64,000 nucleotides of DNA from an uncultured Chloroflexia bacterium (GTDB taxonomy: Bacteria; Chloroflexota; Chloroflexia; Chloroflexales; Herpetosiphonaceae): positions 2,310,547 through 2,374,546 of the forward strand of contig CAVYBW010000001.1 of NCBI GenBank assembly GCA_963767035.1, in the 5' to 3' direction. The translations under genes and the position numbers were made by a program. The first letter of the stretch is position 1. Each line of letters starts with the position of its first letter. Positions 48,911 through 59,119 of the stretch are shown here, in pieces. The notes below the pieces were generated by a model. It saw only the letters and a program-made list of their open reading frames with translations. It did no database searches and was not told the DNA's origin.

Positions 48911-49795
48911 ATGACACCAATATCTGAACAACAACAAGAACTTCTTTCGGCAGCCCTTGATGGTCAGCTTAGCGCCGCCGAGCAAGCTCAATTGGATCAA
49001 CAGCTTGAGCACGACCTTGGTTTAGCTACCGAATTTGCTGAGTTGCGCTCGATGCAGGCGTTGTTGCAAGAACTCCCGCCTGTGCGACCACCACGCAGCT
49101 TTACGCTCGATCCCGTTATCCATGCGCCCAAACGCCGCTTCTGGCTGAGTGGTTGGACGCGTTGGGTTAGCGTGGTAGGCATGTTTGCCCTGGTGCTGAC
49201 CGTGGGCTTGCAGTTTACCAAGCAGGCTGAGCAATCAATGACCATGGCTCCAACATCGCGAATGCTGAGCACGCAATCTGCAGCGAGTGAGCCTCAACAA
49301 GCTGCGAATAGCGAATCGCAGAATCTGGACTCTGCAGCACCACCAATGGGCACTGGTAGCGGCAGTGGCCCAGCCAATCCCAATGAGCCAACACCTGCCG
49401 CTGGCACTGCCGATATGACTCTGATGCAGCAAGCAACTGATGTGGCAAGTGGTGCTATGCCTGCAATGCTCGAGGGTTATCCAACGCCAATGGCTTATAG
49501 CTCATTCCCAATGAGCGATACTGATGACATGGCACGCATTAGCCCTGAACAAGCCACTGCCATGGCAGGCAATACCTTGAATGACCCGATGATCGAGCGC
49601 AATGAGACTTCATCGCCCGATACAATCAACTTAGAGCCACCAGTGCTCAAGGGACAAGTGCTTGAGCAACCTGTCGCTGCACCAGCAGCCGAGTCTGAAT
49701 CATCGTTATTGCTCTGGTTTAGCATCGCCCTCGTGTTGGGGGTTGGCTTAGCTGCGGGCTTGGTCTATTGGTTGAAACTCTACAAACAAGCCTAA
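48911..49795 (+). CDS. Putative anti-sigma factor with one TM and an acidic/Pro-rich periplasmic tail
   Basis: Position after the ECF sigma; N-terminal helical anti-sigma-like region; TM; C-terminal second TM. Confidence 0.55.
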   Translation: MTPISEQQQELLSAALDGQLSAAEQAQLDQQLEHDLGLATEFAELRSMQALLQELPPVRPPRSFTLDPVIHAPKRRFWLSGWTRWVSVVGMFALVLTVGLQFTKQAEQSMTMAPTSRMLSTQSAASEPQQAANSESQNLDSAAPPMGTGSGSGPANPNEPTPAAGTADMTLMQQATDVASGAMPAMLEGYPTPMAYSSFPMSDTDDMARISPEQATAMAGNTLNDPMIERNETSSPDTINLEPPVLKGQVLEQPVAAPAAESESSLLLWFSIALVLGVGLAAGLVYWLKLYKQA

Positions 49796-49802
49796 TCTAA
49801 AT

Positions 49803-50405
49803 CTACCACGGCTGCCCTTGCGATTCGGCATGGGCAGCCGCAATAAACTGGCGCAAAACCTGAATGCGAGCTTGGGCCAATTGCTGCGCCGCCGCAAGGC
49901 TCAATTGGCTGGGCAAATGCTCTAGGTTATGTTCCAAGGTTGCCAAAGCAGCGCCAAAGGTTTGGTAGCGAGTATCACGCCCAACCTTGCTGACAATCCG
50001 TAAGATTCCTACCGCCCCTAGTTGCTCCAAAATATCGGCATCGCGCAATAAACTGGCTTCAATGCTGGTCGGGGTTTGCTGTGGGTTATGTTGGCTAATC
50101 GCCGTCAGCACTAGTCCAATTTTCTCCGCCGGAAACTGCCACTGTTGCAACAGCGCTGGCACGGTTTCTACAGCATAGGCCACATTATCCCAAGCTGCCA
50201 ATTCGGCTGGGTCGGCAGGCCGATGGCCAATAAATACGCCTAAATCGTGCAGCCAAGCGGCAGCATACAGCACAGTATCATCATACACCAGGCCTTCGCC
50301 CAGCGTGGTGGCCAATTGATAGAGCCGTGGCTGATGGCTATATTTATCAAGCGGCAGGGCTTGCTGCCGAATATACTGCTGAATTTGTGCCCGAAAGTCT
50401 GGCAT
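49803..50405 (-). CDS. HD-domain phosphohydrolase
   Basis: AAAWLHDLG HD motif. Confidence 0.7.
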   Translation of the reverse strand: MPDFRAQIQQYIRQQALPLDKYSHQPRLYQLATTLGEGLVYDDTVLYAAAWLHDLGVFIGHRPADPAELAAWDNVAYAVETVPALLQQWQFPAEKIGLVLTAISQHNPQQTPTSIEASLLRDADILEQLGAVGILRIVSKVGRDTRYQTFGAALATLEHNLEHLPSQLSLAAAQQLAQARIQVLRQFIAAAHAESQGQPW

Positions 50406-50630
50406 AGCGCTACCTCTTGCAAACTAAGGTGCCATTGTACCCGCCAAAACCAACCCTTCTGTCACCCGTGTAGATCCTACTTTTGAGAATTGACATAAAC
50501 CTGTTATCACGGGTACACTACAGCGACCACTCAACCGTAAACCAATTTTAGCTGGCAATGCTGCGTTGCCGAGCTTTAGGCGGTATGGTATAGTTTGGTT
50601 GACAGCAGTCTGCAACGTGAGAGCATCACC

Positions 50631-51458
50631 ATGAGCGTAATCGTCATTGAAGACCAAGTTGTGCATTACGAGACCTTTGGGCGTGGTCGTCCAGTGCTAT
50701 TTCTCCACGGCTGGCTCGGTTCGTGGCGATACTGGATGCCGACGATGGAATTCGTCTCCAAAGATTTCCGCACATATTCGTTCGATTTTTGGGGTTTTGG
50801 TGATTCAGATAAAACGAGTACTGCGAAGAGCATTAGCATTACCAATTTCTCTGATCAAGTGATTCGATTTCTGGATGCCATGGGCATCGATAAGGTTCCG
50901 CTGGTCGGCCACTCAATGGGCGGAATGGTCGCACTCAAAACTGCAATCCGCCACCCCAATCGGATTAGCCGAGTTGCGGCTATTGGTGCTCCAATTGTTG
51001 GGACATCGCTTTCAGGCTTGCTCAAACTCACCGATAATCAGTATGTTTCGCGAGCAATGGCGCGAGTGCCAGTCGTTACCAAGTTTTTGTTTCGCTGGTT
51101 CTTGGGCAATGTCAACGATACGGCCTATGGCGAAATTCTTGACGATAGCGTTAAGCCAACCGAAGAAAGTTTGCGCCGCGCCGTTGGCTCGATGATGCGC
51201 ACCGATCTGCGGCCTGAGCTTGAACAATTGACGATTCCAACTTTGATTATTCATGGCGCGCGTGACGATATTGTTAATCCCAATCAGGCCGATATCTTCT
51301 TGCAGCGCGATATGACCAATACTCAAGTATTTGTCATGCCTGAAAGTCGCCACTTTCCCTTCCTTGACGAGCCAGCCCAGTTTAACAAGGTGCTGCACGC
51401 CTTCTTAAACGGCCAGTCAACGAAACCCGTGCTGCTGCAGAAGCAGCTTAGGCAGTAG
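50631..51458 (+). CDS. Alpha/beta hydrolase; ORF track starts at TTG 50595
   Basis: HGWLGS and GHSMGG motifs. Confidence 0.75.
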   Translation: MSVIVIEDQVVHYETFGRGRPVLFLHGWLGSWRYWMPTMEFVSKDFRTYSFDFWGFGDSDKTSTAKSISITNFSDQVIRFLDAMGIDKVPLVGHSMGGMVALKTAIRHPNRISRVAAIGAPIVGTSLSGLLKLTDNQYVSRAMARVPVVTKFLFRWFLGNVNDTAYGEILDDSVKPTEESLRRAVGSMMRTDLRPELEQLTIPTLIIHGARDDIVNPNQADIFLQRDMTNTQVFVMPESRHFPFLDEPAQFNKVLHAFLNGQSTKPVLLQKQLRQ

Positions 51459-51467
51459 GTCAAGTTC

Positions 51468-51755
51468 ATGATTGATGAACAAACTGAAGCATTAGTTCGG
51501 CGCCTCAAAAGTATCGAAGGCCATGTACGTGGCGTTCAACGCATGCTCGAAGAGGATGCCTACTGTATCGATGTGCTGCGCCAAACCTTGGCAATTCGCC
51601 GCGCACTCGAAAAGGTTGATGCTCTCGTACTCGAACGCCATCTCGCAACCTGCGTGACCAATGCCATTCGCTCCCCCAACGAGGGCGAACGCGAACAGGC
51701 AATCACCGAAATTCTCGAAATCTTTGCGGCGACCCGCAGTGTTAGCGAGAAATAA
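51468..51755 (+). CDS. CsoR/RcnR-family metal-sensing transcriptional repressor
   Basis: IEGHVRGVQRMLEED...C...H...C pattern. Confidence 0.75.
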   Translation: MIDEQTEALVRRLKSIEGHVRGVQRMLEEDAYCIDVLRQTLAIRRALEKVDALVLERHLATCVTNAIRSPNEGEREQAITEILEIFAATRSVSEK

Positions 51756-51763
51756 CCAGCCCT

Positions 51764-52768
51764 ATGAATGAGCTGCTACCCTACCCCCTGTTGGGCATTG
51801 TCGGCCAAAGTGAGCTTAAAACCGCGCTCACCTTGGCCTTGGTCAATCCCGCCGTGGGTGGGGTTTTGTTAAGTGGCCCCTATGGCGTCGGTAAAACCAC
51901 CGCCGTGCGCGGCTTGCTCGATATTATGCCCGTGGTCAAACGTTCGCGCTGCGAAAATAATTGCCCGCCTGATGACGAAAGCGACCTCTGCCCAACCTGC
52001 CTTGAATACCTGGCCAATGGCGAATCACGGCTCAAAGATGATCTGATGCGGTTAATCGAGTTGCCACTCAATGCTCGTTTAGAGGATGTGGTTGGCGGAG
52101 TCAACGAGCGCGTCGCGATCGAACAACAGCGGGTGGTGCTGGAAGAAGGGGTTTTAGCCCGCGCCAATCATAACTTGCTGTATGTCGACGAAATTAATTT
52201 GCTTGATCATGCGGTCGTCGATGCAATTCTCGATGCTGCGGCTCAAGGCCAAACTTTCGTGCGCCGTGGCGCAATGGTTAACTTCTATCAAAGTCGGCTG
52301 GTTTTAATTGGCTCGATGAATCCTGAGGAAGGTCGCTTGCGACCACAAATCTTGGATCGCTTGGGCTTGCGGGTTTGGGTTGGCCCACTGCCAAATGCCC
52401 GCGAACGGCTAGAAATCTATCGCCGTGCCATCGCTTTTCGCCACGATCGCACAGCCTTTCGCACAGCTTACGCCCAAACTACCACCCAACTGCGGCTCGA
52501 TGTGATCAAAGCTCGCGAGTTGTTACCCAACGTTCACTTGACCAAAGCTGCTGAACGCTATGCCATGCAGATCATTACTCAATTGGCAATTCCTTCGCAT
52601 CGGGCCGAAATTGTGCTGCTTGAAGCAGCTCGAGCACGAGCTGCGGCTGACGATCGCCTACGCGCCACGCCCAACGATATCAAAGCAGTTGCTCCAATGG
52701 CGCTGCGTTGGCGACAAAGCACCCATTTGAGCGATTTTCTTAGCGGCATGAAATCGAGGAAGGCTTAA
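51764..52768 (+). CDS. ChlI/BchI-like AAA+ ATPase (Mg-chelatase subunit I family)
   Basis: IVGQSELKTALTLALVNPAVGGVLLSGPYGVGKTT; CxxC insert. Confidence 0.7.
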   Translation: MNELLPYPLLGIVGQSELKTALTLALVNPAVGGVLLSGPYGVGKTTAVRGLLDIMPVVKRSRCENNCPPDDESDLCPTCLEYLANGESRLKDDLMRLIELPLNARLEDVVGGVNERVAIEQQRVVLEEGVLARANHNLLYVDEINLLDHAVVDAILDAAAQGQTFVRRGAMVNFYQSRLVLIGSMNPEEGRLRPQILDRLGLRVWVGPLPNARERLEIYRRAIAFRHDRTAFRTAYAQTTTQLRLDVIKARELLPNVHLTKAAERYAMQIITQLAIPSHRAEIVLLEAARARAAADDRLRATPNDIKAVAPMALRWRQSTHLSDFLSGMKSRKA

Positions 52769-52787
52769 TCACCCAAGCCCTACAAGC

Positions 52788-53183
52788 TCAATAGTAGGCT
52801 TCGCGGCCAAAAAAGGCCTGCACATCGCGCGAATTCATATAGGCCAGCACAATCACATTCCACAACATGCCGCCCCAAGCCCAGCGCTCACCCAACAAAC
52901 CATCCAAAATATAGCTGCCAATTGAAAAATAGGCGCTAACAATCACCACCCACCACATCACCCGCCAACCGCGAAACAACGCCAAACCCATCATCACCTG
53001 AAAACATGCCGTCAGCACCAGCAATAAGGGATCTTCATACAAAATAAATTGTTCGAGAAATGCAGGCACCCGCCCAAGCAAGGCAACCCCAATTTCAACC
53101 ATCGCCGTTAATACATAGCCAATCGCAATCACCGTAATCAAAAATGGGCGGCCAAACGCCAATGATTCATTTGGTTTGAGCAT
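52788..53183 (-). CDS. Hypothetical small polytopic membrane protein
   Basis: Four hydrophobic segments. Confidence 0.5.
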   Translation of the reverse strand: MLKPNESLAFGRPFLITVIAIGYVLTAMVEIGVALLGRVPAFLEQFILYEDPLLLVLTACFQVMMGLALFRGWRVMWWVVIVSAYFSIGSYILDGLLGERWAWGGMLWNVIVLAYMNSRDVQAFFGREAYY

Positions 53184-53195
53184 GCTTACACCATT

Positions 53196-54416
53196 CTACA
53201 AAATTGGCCAAAGCGGCGAGAGCACCAACTCGGCTGCTTTGGTATACCACGGACGCTGAATCCATTCGGCCAAGGTTAATTCGCGGGCATTGGTCATATC
53301 GCAATCAAAAATTGCTTGCATCCGTTCAGCAAAGGCCGCATTGTAAATTTCGAGATTAATTTCGTGGTTGCCCGCCAAGCTCAAGCGATCAAGATTGGCT
53401 GTGCCAACCGTTGACCAAATACCATCAATCGTGGCGGTTTTGGCATGAATCATGGCATTTTCGTAGAGAAAGATTTTAATTCCATGGCGCAGGCAAAATT
53501 CAAAATAATGGCGTGCCAGCCAATCAGCCAGCACATGGTTCGATTCAGCCGGAACCAAAATCCGCACATCAACGCCGCGGCGTGCCGTCAGCACCAAAGC
53601 CTCTAAAATCGCCCGATCAGGGATGAAATAGGCGTTGCTAATATAGACAAAATGTTCGGCGCGTTCAATCGCGTCAAGATACATCGAACGAATGGGAAAC
53701 ACCAAGCGCCCAGCATCGTTGCGTTGCACCCGCACCGTCGATTGCCATTCCAAATCGAGGTCGATATTGAGCCGATTCAGCCGCCGCCGATAGCGATTCC
53801 ATTGCGAGGCAAACATCTCGGCCAAATTACTCACAATCGGCCCACGCACCTGCATATGGGTATCGCGCCACTCAGTCCGATACAATTCGCCTAAATTATA
53901 GCCGCCAATAAAGGCCACTTCATTATCAACCACCAACAGCTTGCGATGGTCGCGCGCATACGAGCCAATATCAAAAATCTGCGACAAACGGGGAAAAGCC
54001 GGATAGGTCAAGAGCTGAATTTCAGCTGGAAACTTTTTGAATTTGCGCGGAACGACCAAATTGGCAAAGCCATCGACAATCACATACACTGCCACACCGC
54101 TACGCGCTTTGCGAATTAAGGCATCACGAAATTGTTGGCCAAGGCTATCGCCTTTGAAAATAAAGGTTTCGAGCAAAATCAAGCGCTGCGCCGAATCAAT
54201 TGCTTGTAACATTGCCGGAAATAGCTCTTCGCCCGACATATACAACTGAAATTCGTGGCGCTCGTCGCTGGTTGGTGGCAAGCTGATGCGCGGATAGCGT
54301 TGATAGCTCGTTGGTCGCCATTTGCGCACCCCAATCAGCAAAAAAGCCAAACTCACTTGGAGCACCGCGATTACCACCAGCATCGTTATCAGATCTTGAA
54401 ATGATTCAAATGGCAT
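53196..54416 (-). CDS. cls: Cardiolipin synthase / phospholipase D-family protein
   Basis: Two HKD motifs (HRKLLVVD, HAKTATID) and an N-terminal TM. Confidence 0.85.
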   Translation of the reverse strand: MPFESFQDLITMLVVIAVLQVSLAFLLIGVRKWRPTSYQRYPRISLPPTSDERHEFQLYMSGEELFPAMLQAIDSAQRLILLETFIFKGDSLGQQFRDALIRKARSGVAVYVIVDGFANLVVPRKFKKFPAEIQLLTYPAFPRLSQIFDIGSYARDHRKLLVVDNEVAFIGGYNLGELYRTEWRDTHMQVRGPIVSNLAEMFASQWNRYRRRLNRLNIDLDLEWQSTVRVQRNDAGRLVFPIRSMYLDAIERAEHFVYISNAYFIPDRAILEALVLTARRGVDVRILVPAESNHVLADWLARHYFEFCLRHGIKIFLYENAMIHAKTATIDGIWSTVGTANLDRLSLAGNHEINLEIYNAAFAERMQAIFDCDMTNARELTLAEWIQRPWYTKAAELVLSPLWPIL

Positions 54417-54433
54417 CCGCCGTACTCCATCAA

Positions 54434-55669
54434 CTATTGCAATTCGCCAAACAGCACAACTTCGGCGTATTCACCACGAATGATGCCACGACTGGCCTCA
54501 GGCACAATCAACAAGCCATTGGCCCGCGCCATCGAGCTAACCAAGCCCGAACCTTGGGCACCAGTTGATTCGGCAGTTAAGCCCTCGGCAGTGCTCTTAA
54601 CAATCACCCGCAAATATTGGCGGCGTTCGTTGCTCTCCAAATCGGCATCAAGTAATTTGGCCCAAACGCTAGGCCGCAACAGTTGTTGATAGCCGCCCAT
54701 TTTACGTAAAGCAGGCCGCACAAACAACTCAAAACAGACCATGGCCGAAACCGGATTGCCAGGCAAGCCAAAAATTGGTTTGCCATTGATTGCCCCAAAT
54801 GCCAAGGGCTTGCCTGGACGCATGCGCACGCGCCAAAACTCAAGCTTGCCAACGTCGTTCAATATTTGCTTGACCAAATCATAATCGCCAACCGACACGC
54901 CGCCCGAAGTCAATAGCACATCGGCTTCGGCCACGGCTTGGGCTAAAGTTGCTCGCAAGGCCGCGGCATTATCGGGCACAATCGGCAAGATTATTGGAAT
55001 CGCCCCAGCTTCGCGCACTTGGACAGCATTAGCATAGCCATTGGAGTTGCGAATTTGGCCAGCTTTTGGCTCGACTCCAACATCAACCAACTCGTCGCCA
55101 GTGGCAATAATTGCCACCCGTGGTTGGCGAAAAACTGGCACGTGGGCCGCGCCAATCGTTGCCAAAACTCCAATACTGCCAGCCTGCAAGACCTGCCCAG
55201 CGGATAAAACTAAGGCGCCTGCTTGCAGATCTTCGCCAGCAGGCCGAATATTGTTGCCATGCTGTGTTGACTGAAACATGCGCACAACATCGGTTTGGGC
55301 ATTCGATTGGCCTTCATCGGTTTCTTCAAATGGCACAACCGCCTCAGCATTGGCAGGCACTTGCGCCCCAGTCATAATGCGAATCGCGCTGCCAACCCGC
55401 AGTTGTTGCTGCGGCACGGCTCCCGCCGCCACCCGCTCGATAATCTGCAACGCTACCGGATTAGTCGCGCTCGCCGTGGTCAAATCGTCGGCCAAAACTG
55501 CATAGCCATCCATGGCCGAATTGGCAAATGGCGGAGCATCGCGGTCGGCATACATTGGCTCGGCCAGCACACGCCCAAAGGCGGCAGTTAAGTCGATCTG
55601 TTCGCTGGTAAGCGTGGTCATGCGCTCAAGAATCGCTGCTTGAGCATCAGCAACAGCAAGTAAACTCAT
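54434..55669 (-). CDS. moeA: Molybdopterin molybdenumtransferase MoeA
   Basis: FANSAMDGYAV N-terminal motif; MoeA domain order. Confidence 0.85.
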   Translation of the reverse strand: MSLLAVADAQAAILERMTTLTSEQIDLTAAFGRVLAEPMYADRDAPPFANSAMDGYAVLADDLTTASATNPVALQIIERVAAGAVPQQQLRVGSAIRIMTGAQVPANAEAVVPFEETDEGQSNAQTDVVRMFQSTQHGNNIRPAGEDLQAGALVLSAGQVLQAGSIGVLATIGAAHVPVFRQPRVAIIATGDELVDVGVEPKAGQIRNSNGYANAVQVREAGAIPIILPIVPDNAAALRATLAQAVAEADVLLTSGGVSVGDYDLVKQILNDVGKLEFWRVRMRPGKPLAFGAINGKPIFGLPGNPVSAMVCFELFVRPALRKMGGYQQLLRPSVWAKLLDADLESNERRQYLRVIVKSTAEGLTAESTGAQGSGLVSSMARANGLLIVPEASRGIIRGEYAEVVLFGELQ

Positions 55670-55725
55670 AAAAAAAGGCCATGGATGGGCTAAAAACCCG
55701 ATCCATGGCACACTCCTCACAACAA

Positions 55726-56103
55726 CTAGCGACCACCAACCGGCAATAATGCCTTAACCTCGGTAATCGCGTTTTGTTCGTTAACAAATACCACGGTTGG
55801 CTCCCACTCTTCGGGCTTGGCATCAACTTGGGCATAGGCCATGATGATTACCAAATCGCCAACGTTAACCAAGTGTGCCGCCGCACCATTAAGTTGAATT
55901 GTGCCAGAGCCACGTTCGCCGACAATTGCATAGGTTTCGAGCCGTGCTCCGTTATTGACATCAACCACTTGAACGCGCTCAAAGGGCCAAATTCCCGCTG
56001 CGTCCAACAGATCCTCATCAATGGTTATTGAGCCAACATAATTGAGGTCTGCGCCAGTGACGGTTGCACGGTGAATTTTGGCATGCACGAGGGTACGAAT
56101 CAT
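55726..56103 (-). CDS. panD: Aspartate 1-decarboxylase
   Basis: [16 protein letters not shown]; GSITID self-processing site. Confidence 0.9.
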   Translation of the reverse strand: MIRTLVHAKIHRATVTGADLNYVGSITIDEDLLDAAGIWPFERVQVVDVNNGARLETYAIVGERGSGTIQLNGAAAHLVNVGDLVIIMAYAQVDAKPEEWEPTVVFVNEQNAITEVKALLPVGGR

Positions 56104-56246
56104 CGTTGATCACTCCTTAGATTGGTCGCCGCTGTTCATCCCAACGATCAACAGTCGCCGCCATAAACCATGATACGGCTGTCATTGGTCTAACGCAAGT
56201 TGTTTTTATTGAGGTTTCTATTTGGTTCGGAAAAGATTTGGATGAA

Positions 56247-56420
56247 TCTCCTCACCCCAACCCCTCTCCCGTCCAACAGGCGAGGGGCTTAATCTCATGC
56301 TATTGAGACGATTTATTGAACCAAAAGATCAGTTCTCCCATCGCCCGAGATCACGAATCAACCACAAATCCCGACTCCCCTCGCCCGCGTTCAGTGGGCG
56401 AGGGGTTGGGGGTGAGGGAA
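56247..56420. repeat. Two GC-rich hairpin repeat units (same family)
   Basis: CTCCCCTCGCCCGCGTTCAGTGGGCGAGGGGTTGGGGGTGAGGGAAT. Confidence 0.65.
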
Positions 56421-56427
56421 TATCGCG

Positions 56428-56649
56428 CTATTTTTGCGGATTAGGATAGCGTTCGAGCTTACCATCAAGGTCGGCGATGCGTTCGCGCAGTTGCTCGATA
56501 CTCAAGATCGTGCCGTCATCATCGGTTGGCAATACAATGCCTTCAGCCTCAAGATCCCAGTTGTGTTCGAGGCCTTCCAAGGCGCGGGCCAATTTACGGC
56601 GTTCCGAGAGCCATTCCTTGCGATACATCCGATTTTTATATTGTGGCAT
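56428..56649 (-). CDS. Small hypothetical protein (73 aa) with a strong GGAGG RBS
   Basis: AAATTGGAGGATTGT-ATG; charged helical protein. Confidence 0.45.
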   Translation of the reverse strand: MPQYKNRMYRKEWLSERRKLARALEGLEHNWDLEAEGIVLPTDDDGTILSIEQLRERIADLDGKLERYPNPQK

Positions 56650-56687
56650 ACAATCCTCCAATTTATGGTATAGCTCTATTGTACCAT

Positions 56688-57365
56688 TCAGCGTTGAGCG
56701 GTTTGAGCCAACCAATCGGGCAACTCACTCAGCTGGTTCAAAATTGCTGCTGGCTGGGCCGCCGTTAATGTTGCCAGATCATGAGTGCCAGTTGTAACTG
56801 CCACGCTGGCAACCTGAGCGTTATGGCCAAGCGTAATATCGTGGGTCGTGTCGCCAATCATCAAAGCTTGGGTCGCGTTCAAGCCAAAATGGGCCAAGGT
56901 TTTGTCGAGCATCTCAGCATGGGGCTTGGGTTGGCTAACCAAATCGTTGCCCATCAACAAATCAAAATAGTCGAATAGGCCAACTTGCTGCAATACGGCA
57001 GCACTCACTGGTGTAATTTTCGAGCTTGCAATCGTCAAACGATAGCCTGCTGATTTCAATTCAGCGATTGTTGCGGCTACTCCTGCAAACAAGCGGCTGC
57101 TCGGAATCGCAATTTCACGGTAAATTGTACGATAGCGCTCGGTCAAAATACGATAATTTTCGGGCTGAAAATCACTCAAACGCTCCCAAAAAACCTGCAA
57201 TGGCAAGCCAATCCACGGGGCAATCTGGCTATATTCAGCGCTCGCAAAGCCATGTTCAGCTAAAACTTGATTCACCGTATCAACAATCCCTTGAGCCGAA
57301 TCGACCAAGGTTCCATCCAAATCGAAAGCCAACAATTGAATAGCTTTGGCAGCAGCAACCATCAC
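56688..57365 (-). CDS. HAD-superfamily hydrolase (phosphoglycolate-phosphatase-like)
   Basis: FDLDGTLVDS motif I and downstream HAD motifs. Confidence 0.8.
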   Translation of the reverse strand: MMVAAAKAIQLLAFDLDGTLVDSAQGIVDTVNQVLAEHGFASAEYSQIAPWIGLPLQVFWERLSDFQPENYRILTERYRTIYREIAIPSSRLFAGVAATIAELKSAGYRLTIASSKITPVSAAVLQQVGLFDYFDLLMGNDLVSQPKPHAEMLDKTLAHFGLNATQALMIGDTTHDITLGHNAQVASVAVTTGTHDLATLTAAQPAAILNQLSELPDWLAQTAQR

Positions 57366-57558
57366 CCGCTCCTCGCTTAAATAACAAATTCAAAGAACTA
57401 CTATGCAACTTTCACGCAGTTTCGCAAATTGCCAACCAACCCATGCCAAAAATCGCTATCGTTTGTATCTAAGTAAAATGAGTGAATAAATTTACCAGCT
57501 ATGTTCTGCATAGCATCCATTCCACAAAGGCTGGTAAACGTCACCCAACCCAGCCTTT

Positions 57559-58453
57559 GTGGAGTTACCCATGCGCTATCTTGGCCTCAGTGGCCGGATT
57601 CTGAAACGCCCTGATTTACAAGCACCCAACCAGCAGCAACTAAGCCAATGGGTCTTGTATTTTTACGATGTGCTGCGCTATCTCGCACAACAGCAAATTC
57701 ATTGTTATCGCTTGCCTGCTTGGCCTTACGATCTACTCAATACATGGCCCGAAGCCGCCGATCAACTGAGGTTAATTGGCAATTTTGCCCAACAAGCCCA
57801 GATTCGCCTAACCTATCATGTGCCAAGCAATGTGCTGACTTAACAGCCATGATCAGCATATTCGGCAGTATGCACTGAACTATCTAACCAGTGCAGCAGC
57901 CTATTTAACCCAGCTTGGCAGTTATGATCCGGTGATTGTGGTGCATATTGGGGCGCAATATGGCGATCGAGCTTGGGCTTTGGCCCAAACCGTTGCAAGT
58001 TTGCAACAACTGGAGCCTGCGGTGTTCAACCTTTTAGCGCTTGAAGCCGATGGCCGAGTCTGGAGTTTGCTCGATGCCTTACACATTCATGCCCAAACCA
58101 GCATTCCAGTGATTTTCGATTGGCTGCATCATCAGCTTTACAACCCAGCCCAATTGAATAACGCCGATGGGCTGAATTATGCGTTGGCTACATGGCCAGC
58201 ACAACGTAAACCCAAAGTCCATTTTAGCTCACCGAGAACCGAAATTCGGCTTGGCCAGCGCCAGCAATTGCTGCTGCCAACATGGCATGAACATAGCGAT
58301 TTGGCGAATCCCTTTGAATTGATCAGCCTGTTACGCTTACCCTATCAACGTGATTATGATCTGATGTTAGAGGTTAAAGCAGGCGATTTAGCGCTTGAAC
58401 GGGCGAGAAATGATCTCCAACGCTTTGCGCCCGAGATTGTTGATTTGGAGTAG
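57559..58453 (+). pseudogene. uvdE: UV-damage endonuclease (UvdE) family, split by a +1 frameshift near 57836..57845
   Basis: Two ORFs in frames 1 and 2 together give a UvdE-length protein; VHIGAQYGD, KVHFSSP and LEVKAGDLAL motifs. Confidence 0.55.
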
Positions 58454-58456
58454 CAT

Positions 58457-58717
58457 ATGCCTGAAGCCCATACCCCTGTTTTAGTCGCAGTCTTAAATAA
58501 CCTAGCCGATTGGCAAAGGATTCAGGAGCAGCATTGGTATCGGGTTCCGTTGGCGCATGCGCCGCGCCGCATGGCCGCTGGCATCCTGGCGTGGTATCAA
58601 ACTAAGGCTTTTGGCGACGAGGGTGGCCAAATTCGCTGGTATGCACAAATTAATCATGTCAGCCAAGCCACGCGCAGCCAACTGATCCCTGAGCAACCCG
58701 ACCATCCACGGGCCTAA
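58457..58717 (+). CDS. Hypothetical protein; in the same frame as 58757..59119, separated by a single TAA
   Basis: ORF; an in-frame stop at 58715..58717 separates it from the next ORF. Confidence 0.35.
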   Translation: MPEAHTPVLVAVLNNLADWQRIQEQHWYRVPLAHAPRRMAAGILAWYQTKAFGDEGGQIRWYAQINHVSQATRSQLIPEQPDHPRA

Positions 58718-58756
58718 GAACGCTACTGGCGGCTAGAAATTGGCCAATTACAGGCG

Positions 58757-59119
58757 TTGCCACAGCCGATTATGGCTCAACGGTTTCGGCGGATTACCTT
58801 TATTAGCACCAATTGGCAGCAGCTCATTCAAGCCAAGCAGATTAACGATTTATGGTTGGGGGATAGTTTGCTTGAGCAATTGATCCAACAACTCAGGAAC
58901 GAGGGCATGAACGTGGCGCGGCGGCGTTTACACGATGGTAATCCGCCGCCACAAGCCACATTTGTACTCATCCCGCTGCTCAATCAGATTGAGCTATGCG
59001 TTGGTGATAGCTGTTTACGCTTCGATCATGAGCGATTTAATTTGGGATTTCGCAGGCTGTATGGCAAAAATTCGGGCCTTGCAACAGCGGAATTAAGTCA
59101 GGCCCAGTTATGTTATTGA
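58757..59119 (+). CDS. Hypothetical protein (possibly the C-terminal part of an interrupted gene)
   Basis: Same frame as the preceding ORF. Confidence 0.35.
   Translation: MPQPIMAQRFRRITFISTNWQQLIQAKQINDLWLGDSLLEQLIQQLRNEGMNVARRRLHDGNPPPQATFVLIPLLNQIELCVGDSCLRFDHERFNLGFRRLYGKNSGLATAELSQAQLCY

Noticed and set aside
8494-56420. GC-rich repeat clusters as possible CRISPR arrays
   Set aside because: Units are imperfect hairpins with variable spacing and orientation, no uniform repeat-spacer periodicity and no cas genes; more consistent with REP-like dispersed elements.
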